Shown here one piece after another: positions 57,647 to 64,000 of a stretch of DNA of 64,000 nucleotides. A program made the position numbers and the translations under genes. The stretch is from the IMG/VR virus record IMGVR_UViG_3300027834_000005, positions 124,001 to 188,000 of that record. One strand, 5' to 3'. Numbering within the stretch: the first letter of the stretch is position 1; the number at the start of each line of letters is the position of its first letter. The notes beneath the pieces were generated by a model, which saw nothing but the letters and a program-made list of their open reading frames with translations, was not told where the DNA came from and did not search any database.

Positions 57647-58515
57647 TAAATTATGGAATATACAGTAAGAGTAAGGGGCTGTTCATAAGAACATACGAAT
57701 ATCACCGCATGAAAGAGTTCGGTGATATGTATGCTGATCCAGATCTAGTTCATATACAACTATTAGGGGATTACCCAGAAGCCCATTACTGGGACGGATC
57801 TGCAGTTGCGTATAACGTGGAGTTTGAACCTGAAGTCGTTAAAGAATTCAAAATTTACGACTATCTAACTAACGAGGCTAAAAGGTATCATCGTGGCGGC
57901 ACCTATCTGCCAGTTGATATAGATTATAAGACTGGCTTGAAAGAAAAACTGCATCCAAGATATACCTACATAAAAGGTGAATTACAAAAGACCATATACT
58001 ACGGCACTTATGATGAATCTGAATCATTAGAGGCGGACAGGTTTAAAGATCCGACTGTGAGAGTAGATATTGTATACGAACGTGATGCCATGGGATTTGC
58101 TAGGAAAAGGACAACGGAAAGGTACTGGTATTATAAGGATGGTACTTATGATGTGACCCTTAGAAAGACGACAACTAAATATTACGATAATACGATGACT
58201 ATAGTTGAAGGTAAACGACGTCGTGGTAATATAGTGACTAATATGACAATGCCTATAATGGGTATGATGATGGGCACGGAATTGGGAAAAGAAGGATCGC
58301 CTTTCTCTTCTCAGGAAGATATCATCATAGAAGGTCGTAGATGGCTAGCTTCCCATAAGGCGGACTTCATAGATTTTGTGGATGATTCCAACCCAACAAT
58401 TAGTGCTAGTATATCAACAGACGTTACTGCGTGGTTAGATAATTATATTGATGGTAACGGAACCACTATACGAATGTATATGTTGAACGAATTAAATATT
58501 CAGGACGTACTGTAA
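57643..58515 (+). CDS. Hypothetical protein, possible fibre assembly chaperone (290 aa)
   Basis: ATGA overlap with the fibre stop (track start 57619 is GTG inside the upstream gene); function inferred from position only. Confidence 0.55.
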   Translation: MINYGIYSKSKGLFIRTYEYHRMKEFGDMYADPDLVHIQLLGDYPEAHYWDGSAVAYNVEFEPEVVKEFKIYDYLTNEAKRYHRGGTYLPVDIDYKTGLKEKLHPRYTYIKGELQKTIYYGTYDESESLEADRFKDPTVRVDIVYERDAMGFARKRTTERYWYYKDGTYDVTLRKTTTKYYDNTMTIVEGKRRRGNIVTNMTMPIMGMMMGTELGKEGSPFSSQEDIIIEGRRWLASHKADFIDFVDDSNPTISASISTDVTAWLDNYIDGNGTTIRMYMLNELNIQDVL

Positions 58516-58526
58516 TAGTACAGTCC

Positions 58527-59132
58527 TTAAATATTTATATTGTCTTTTTTCCATTGACGTACTGTGGAAAAAGTTTCTAAGTGTGCACTATATTCGTGGT
58601 GCAGCTTTGCCAATTCTATAATCCCTATGGATATCTCACTTGTATAATCAAGCCTATCATAATCCGAACATACATGTTCTAGTACTGCCATGTCTTCTCT
58701 TATGGCGCTTAGTAATGAATCGTGTAGTGTGTCATCTTCGAATATACTAATAATCCATTTGTGAAAATTATTATCTGGGTCATACTTAAGAATTGCTTCT
58801 TGGAGTGAAAGGTATAAAGCCTTAACAGGATTCAGTCCTTTTCTATATCGACATAACACAGACGGAAACATAAACTTTGAGTTTCTCGTTTTTAAATTTA
58901 ATAATATGGATTCTTTAATGAATAAGAAATCTTCATTTAATATTGCAGTCTGCTCATTACGAAATTCTTGTAATGTTTGTTCATAAGACTTCCTAGTGGT
59001 AGTGGAGCCATGTACTGATATGAGTGATATGTTCTGTGTTATGTTTTCTGAAATGATTCCTGCACTTTCGAATTTCTTCAAATCGGTCTTAAATATATAT
59101 GTTTCTAAATCTACTACATTAGACATATTCAT
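58527..59132 (-). CDS. Hypothetical helical protein (about 200 aa)
   Basis: Follows NUDIX in the same operon; start may be 59126. Confidence 0.65.
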   Translation of the reverse strand: MNMSNVVDLETYIFKTDLKKFESAGIISENITQNISLISVHGSTTTRKSYEQTLQEFRNEQTAILNEDFLFIKESILLNLKTRNSKFMFPSVLCRYRKGLNPVKALYLSLQEAILKYDPDNNFHKWIISIFEDDTLHDSLLSAIREDMAVLEHVCSDYDRLDYTSEISIGIIELAKLHHEYSAHLETFSTVRQWKKDNINI

Positions 59133-59135
59133 GGC

Positions 59136-59573
59136 CTACTTACTGTGCCTTTCTAAGATAGTGCGAATCTTATCCACGCTTCCTTGATTGCAAAGAGTAA
59201 TATTAGCACCTTGATGCATTGGTTTAGGCCATATTCCCAACTTGGACCAACAGTAACCCACAGCCTCCTTGTTTATGTGAGGTATAAACTCCTCATCAAC
59301 CACACAAATATAACTGTAATATCTGAAATGCCCATCGTCGCTTTCGTAAACGTCAAACGGGTTTATTTTTCCAATATCAGGAGTGTACCCTACTTCTTCG
59401 AGTATCTCTCTGTTAAGGCATTCTATAGGGGTTTCCCCTTCTTCAACCATACCTCCCCATAAACACCACGTGAGTCCGTGAGTTTTATAAGGTGCTCTTA
59501 AGTTAAGCAGTACTCTTTCTGTTTTGGAAGAAACGAAGATTGCACCGCACGCTGTCTTTTTTAATTTGTCCAT
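59136..59573 (-). CDS. NUDIX hydrolase
   Basis: Complete Nudix box GMVEEGETPIECLNREILEEVG (Gx5Ex7REUxEExG). Confidence 0.92.
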   Translation of the reverse strand: MDKLKKTACGAIFVSSKTERVLLNLRAPYKTHGLTWCLWGGMVEEGETPIECLNREILEEVGYTPDIGKINPFDVYESDDGHFRYYSYICVVDEEFIPHINKEAVGYCWSKLGIWPKPMHQGANITLCNQGSVDKIRTILERHSK

Positions 59574-59578
59574 AATAA

Positions 59579-59586
59579 TATTTATC
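59579..59586 (-). promoter_or_regulatory. Late promoter GATAAATA
   Basis: 5 nt before the NUDIX ATG. Confidence 0.7.
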
Positions 59587-59622
59587 GACTAACAGGTAAT
59601 ACGGTGCTAAAAAGGGTATGAA

Positions 59623-61008
59623 TTAGCTACTTCTTATATCTAGCAGTGACCAATACGTTGGAGTGAATGTTCCGAGTAAGGTATACGCCCACTCTTCGCC
59701 TGTGTATCTGTAGTGGTTACCATCAGAAATAGATTCAACATAAACGTTTGCTGGTGACTCTATCGCACTAAAAACGACATACCAAACCCCATTGGAATAC
59801 TCTATTATGTCATTGTTATACGCAGTTAGTCCGCCCCAGAATTGATTGTCAGGGATGATAATAGCCTCACCGTCTGTCTGTTCTGAAAGGATAGCGTAGC
59901 GGTGCGTCACAGAGGTGTCAGAGACATCTATGCCGTGAGTAGGGTAAGTGCTGCTAGGATCTATAAACTTCGTTATAGGGCTTTGTGGGAGCGTCTGCGG
60001 TAACGAGTCTGGATCTATATTAAAATATAGAACTGCATCATCACTAGGATCAGTTCCTGTTACCGTACCATACACATCTCCGCTCTCATCATCTAAGTCG
60101 TCAGCTAACCTTAACTTTATTCTGGTCTCATTAGGAATAATGTCTCCAACTTTATCTAGCTTAGTCTTCCACGTTACGTCAGGCGACGGCACTCCTTGGG
60201 GAGATAGTAATCTTCCTGAATATCCACTGCCACTCTGTTCTATACCTAAATGTAAATTGTCAGCTGTCACATTAACTTGGGCCACTTCATTAGGGAAAGG
60301 ATTTTCCCAATCAATAGGATCTTCGTCTGTGTCAAATACGCGAGTAATGATGTTCTTGATAATTCTCTGTCTCTTTTCTTTAGCAGCAGGGTTTATCCAG
60401 ATGTTCATGTCGAAATCTAGCGTGGCAATATCATACTGAGTCTCAGCCCCTACCGGAATAGACCTATTACTCCAATTAATATTAGTAAGTTCAACTTCAA
60501 ATACTCTTGACCAATCAACAACATTTTCATTCTGTTGTAGCTGGATACTCGGATTGAATATAGTTAGAAGTTGCTCTAATATTTGTAGCTTAGAATCCGT
60601 ATTAGATGTCATAATATCTAATCTCATCTGAAGAACATAAGGCACCGGCATATAACGTTCTACACTATAGCTATTACCTTGATTGTTTTCATAAGACTGA
60701 GTTAAATTATCAAATTTTTGTTCAGTTACTTGTGCTGTGCTAACCAACATTGTGTCTCGTCTATTCGACGGGTCTAATTTCAAAGACGTAACGTATCCTG
60801 CCATAGTAGGAACAGACATAACTACGTTTTCCGTATTACCATTTAATATTGCCGCAACCTGTCTACTCATGTCCCCATATTTTATAGGAACTCTAGTTTC
60901 TAAACTGAACCCATTCTCATTGGGATCTGATCTGACTTTTACGTCAGAAAAAATCCTAAGAAATTGAGCAATGTATCTTCTTACCTGACTGTCGTAGAAA
61001 TAATCCAT
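59623..61008 (-). CDS. gp15: Tail sheath stabiliser/terminator gp15-like with a C-terminal extension
   Basis: YFYDSQVRRYIAQFLRIFS...VPIKYG...VPY.L...L.I.......LQILEQ....FNP. Confidence 0.85.
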   Translation of the reverse strand: MDYFYDSQVRRYIAQFLRIFSDVKVRSDPNENGFSLETRVPIKYGDMSRQVAAILNGNTENVVMSVPTMAGYVTSLKLDPSNRRDTMLVSTAQVTEQKFDNLTQSYENNQGNSYSVERYMPVPYVLQMRLDIMTSNTDSKLQILEQLLTIFNPSIQLQQNENVVDWSRVFEVELTNINWSNRSIPVGAETQYDIATLDFDMNIWINPAAKEKRQRIIKNIITRVFDTDEDPIDWENPFPNEVAQVNVTADNLHLGIEQSGSGYSGRLLSPQGVPSPDVTWKTKLDKVGDIIPNETRIKLRLADDLDDESGDVYGTVTGTDPSDDAVLYFNIDPDSLPQTLPQSPITKFIDPSSTYPTHGIDVSDTSVTHRYAILSEQTDGEAIIIPDNQFWGGLTAYNNDIIEYSNGVWYVVFSAIESPANVYVESISDGNHYRYTGEEWAYTLLGTFTPTYWSLLDIRSS

Positions 61009-62243
61009 TATTTTTTACCATCATTTTTTATGATTTCGTCTTCTTTATCTTTATGAAGATTTATCTTTGGTTTCACGACCTTAGATACTGCCTTTTTAGT
61101 TTCTTGAGTAGTACCGTCAGTCATCACATCTGTAGAAGTGTTGTCGATAAAGGTATCAAGTACCTTATTGTACGGAGTCCATACTTTTCTGAAATCTGCT
61201 TCGATCAATCTCCAGATAGCGCCTTCTTTTCTGAATAATCTGCTAGGTTCGAAATCTGTTCTTAAGAAGAAAGACCCGTCACCAATGCTACTGTCAAATT
61301 CATCTCCCATACCAGCCAACTGCATTCCGTTAGGCGGTATTCCATCTCCGGTCCATGGGTATGCGCAGAACTCACCTGTGACTACATCTTCGTTTATCCA
61401 AAGATGAGCAGCGTCGAACTGTTTAGGATCAAACCTCACATCTTTATAAGCTTCATCGATTATACCATCTGTGATTTCTTGATCTATACACGCCGTAGAG
61501 CCAGAACCGCAGGAAACAAAATCTCCAACGCCAGAACCACCGTTACCATCATGCCCTGTGCTTCCGCCAACCGTAGCTTCGTCATCACAGCATACTTCAC
61601 CAACGACATTACCGTCTCCGTCGATGACAGTACCAGGTTTATTAAACATGGCACCTGTACTAGGATCTCCTAGACCATCCATGAATGACCCTTGAGGATT
61701 GTCACCACCAGTAATACCCGCGTACTCAGGGGAAGACAATGTTTGCTTGGCTTTTATTCTCCAAATATGAGACCACCAACCGTTACCGTATCCTTCAGAT
61801 GAGTGAGCACCTTCCATTACAGTATAGAATCTATGAGTCATAGGAGCATCTTGATCTAGAGTGTCTGGGTCTGCCAAGTGAGGTAGTTCAAGTACGTCCC
61901 CCGACATAAGTTTTCTTCCTATTTTATCAAGCATGTCACTGTAATGAAACATTATGAAGATGGTGTCATTGGAAATAAAAATACCGAATTGAGAAAGATC
62001 AAAATCAGAAGACTGAGGCTGATACGTTCCGCGCAATTCGTAAATTTCGTCAGAGTACTTTCTTGATCTGTTTTCTAAAAATAATAAATCATCGATAGTG
62101 GTTTCGTCTCCGCCACTTGCGGGACCAATATATTTATGAACATACACGCCCGTTCCACTATGTAAGAAGTAATTTTTTACAATTCTATCTTGGTAGTAGT
62201 AGTTATTTCCTTTCTGCGGTTTCCATGTGCTTATACGTGGCAT
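61008..62243 (-). CDS. gp14: Neck/head-completion protein gp14-like
   Basis: DLLFLENRSRKY...FDLSQFG...GDVLELPHL; directly upstream of gp15. Confidence 0.75.
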   Translation of the reverse strand: MPRISTWKPQKGNNYYYQDRIVKNYFLHSGTGVYVHKYIGPASGGDETTIDDLLFLENRSRKYSDEIYELRGTYQPQSSDFDLSQFGIFISNDTIFIMFHYSDMLDKIGRKLMSGDVLELPHLADPDTLDQDAPMTHRFYTVMEGAHSSEGYGNGWWSHIWRIKAKQTLSSPEYAGITGGDNPQGSFMDGLGDPSTGAMFNKPGTVIDGDGNVVGEVCCDDEATVGGSTGHDGNGGSGVGDFVSCGSGSTACIDQEITDGIIDEAYKDVRFDPKQFDAAHLWINEDVVTGEFCAYPWTGDGIPPNGMQLAGMGDEFDSSIGDGSFFLRTDFEPSRLFRKEGAIWRLIEADFRKVWTPYNKVLDTFIDNTSTDVMTDGTTQETKKAVSKVVKPKINLHKDKEDEIIKNDGKK

Positions 62244-62252
62244 AATATTTCC

Positions 62253-63857
62253 TTAAAATTGCGTTGTTATTAATCTAGGCGCATGGTTAATTGACTTTGA
62301 TAACTCATACGTATCGTAATCGTATGAATCCCTGAAACCGTCGAGACTAGAAATGCATTTGAACGGATCACTTGAACCGTCCAAGAAAGAAGTCTCTTTG
62401 AAGTCGTGGCTACTCGGAAACATGCGCTCTTCCATAATGGCTAGGCCGCTATTACTAACATAAAGTATGTCGGGTATGCCATGTGAAGTTGTTTCAGGTC
62501 TCACCTTCTGTATAGTATAGTTTCCAGAATTTATAGGATTTGTGTCAGTGCTCGTAATAAGAAACCAACCGCCTACGTCACTGGAAACTTCCATTAATAT
62601 TTTCTTATCGTCATCGAATACGTGTAAGCGTATATACTGTATGCTAAGAGGTACAGTGGTAAAAGTCACTTCGCTTGTCTCCATGTCGCCTAGGAAACCG
62701 ATATAATCAGTCACGTCGTACTCCATTTCCCACTCCAAAACGTTATTAGTGGAAGTGTCTAAACGCGTCATATTAAGTGCGCTTTTATTAGTGTCACTGG
62801 ACATCCTTAAACCGTAAATGTAATCCGTATTAGTTGCTTTTCTTCTCATGATGCTGTTAAGACTGAACCATGTCACTGAGTCGGAAGTGGTTGGGTGGTC
62901 GTATTGCGTGTAAACCCCATAATCAGCAAACGGGGAACTGATATCTGCTAAGTCCATGTTCGCCCCTTCGTCCTTTCCAAAAGAATATATTGTGCTATTG
63001 CTGTAGTTGGATATCATGATCGTAGCCATGTTAGAAACATCAGCAATAACCACATTATTATCACGTGCTGTGAAAAGTCCAGTTGATGTGTAATTTGGAT
63101 AGAAAAAAGAGAACCCTTGGTGAGTTACACTAGACGCGACACCACCTGAATAATTAATATCGTATGAAGTTGAAATTATACCAGAAGATTCCAAGTCAAT
63201 AGCACCCACCTCGTCCGCCGAAAAAGTCACTGTTATTCCATCGGTGGTTGATCCTTCTAGAGATGTGAAACCCGTTAGTCGCTCAGGTCTTAAATTCGAA
63301 GGCACAGGGCTTCCGTGCCCAGCAAGATTAGTTGTGAAAGTTTTATTCCATGTAGCAGAAGAACCAGACCCACTTTTCTGAAACACGTTTAGTTGTGCTT
63401 GATAGTTGGCAACAGAATCCCCATATGTCTCGACCTTTGTTCCTATGCAAATCCCTGCTATTTCAAAACCTAAGCACGTAATGTCTATGTTCGGTACTAA
63501 GCTAAATGAAATGGTATATATAATAGAACCGTCATTGTTCATGGCTACTCTGGATGCCCTAGAATTAATATAACCGTACGTCCAGCTACCAGGCAAAATC
63601 ACATCATGCTTAGTGGCCCAATTGTCTTCTGTGAAAGTTATAAACAAATCAACTACGTTATTAGTCGCTGTATTATCAGTGTAGTGGGTAGCAAGTACAT
63701 TACCGTCCTTGCTTATGCCAGATTTACCTATATCTAAAGGGTATCTATATTCTGTCGGGCCTAAATTGTTCAAAACCGCAGTCCCATTAGGTGTGCCGGT
63801 GCCGTAATTACTGAGAGGTTGCTGTGAAAGCTCAGCTATGTGTTTAATCGTGCTCAT
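62253..63857 (-). CDS. Beta-rich structural protein, possible beta-propeller (534 aa)
   Basis: ISKDGNVLA and VAMNNDGSII blade-like repeats; located in the neck cluster. Confidence 0.55.
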   Translation of the reverse strand: MSTIKHIAELSQQPLSNYGTGTPNGTAVLNNLGPTEYRYPLDIGKSGISKDGNVLATHYTDNTATNNVVDLFITFTEDNWATKHDVILPGSWTYGYINSRASRVAMNNDGSIIYTISFSLVPNIDITCLGFEIAGICIGTKVETYGDSVANYQAQLNVFQKSGSGSSATWNKTFTTNLAGHGSPVPSNLRPERLTGFTSLEGSTTDGITVTFSADEVGAIDLESSGIISTSYDINYSGGVASSVTHQGFSFFYPNYTSTGLFTARDNNVVIADVSNMATIMISNYSNSTIYSFGKDEGANMDLADISSPFADYGVYTQYDHPTTSDSVTWFSLNSIMRRKATNTDYIYGLRMSSDTNKSALNMTRLDTSTNNVLEWEMEYDVTDYIGFLGDMETSEVTFTTVPLSIQYIRLHVFDDDKKILMEVSSDVGGWFLITSTDTNPINSGNYTIQKVRPETTSHGIPDILYVSNSGLAIMEERMFPSSHDFKETSFLDGSSDPFKCISSLDGFRDSYDYDTYELSKSINHAPRLITTQF

Positions 63858-64000
63858 TAGTTAAAGTTCCCTATTGCTTGCCATTCTTCGCTGACTAAAT
63901 CTCTTGAACCTAAAGTGAAATATGCAAATCTAAAAGTAGAACCAACAATGTCACTATTTTTATTTACCGTTATTTCAACATCCGATGTGAGAGTTAGAAT
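63857..64000 (-). CDS. C-terminal fragment of an upstream gene (runs off the right edge)
   Basis: Open frame ILTLTSDVEITVNK...EWQAIGNFN* whose TAA overlaps ATG 63857. Confidence 0.65.
   Translation of the reverse strand: MLTLTSDVEITVNKNSDIVGSTFRFAYFTLGSRDLVSEEWQAIGNFN

Noticed and set aside
1-64000. Stop-codon reassignment as seen in some jumbo phages
   Set aside because: Core genes are full length under code 11, and TAG (NUDIX, ORF 29357) and TGA (gp47, the 1385-aa fibre) act as real stops at gene junctions.

Overview
A 64 kb AT-rich segment of a large T4-superfamily (jumbo-type) contractile-tailed phage genome, dominated by the virion morphogenesis region. From left to right: a minus-strand baseplate block (fibre-attachment proteins, a 3999-aa giant structural protein, an enlarged gp6, gp25, gp5 spike, hub, gp53-like and tube-initiator-like genes) interrupted by a two-gene sigma70-driven insert; the gp55 late sigma factor with gp47/gp46; an HNH nuclease; an SF2-like helicase beside a ~500-bp AT-rich element bounded by inverted repeats (candidate replication origin or structured RNA); gp26/gp51-like genes joined by a canonical -1 slippery site; a tape-measure-like gene; the head block (gp20, core proteins, gp21, gp22, gp23); a long plus-strand block of fibre/decoration proteins (collagen, S8 protease, a chain of paralogous domains), probable internal head proteins; and, on the minus strand, NUDIX, gp15 and gp14. 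Twelve (G/T/C)ATAAATA late promoters, four sigma70-like promoters and two near-identical terminators were read directly. I saw no tRNA, CRISPR array, integrase or intein. All protein identities come from motif recognition by eye, not from database searches, and all structure predictions are hand pairings.
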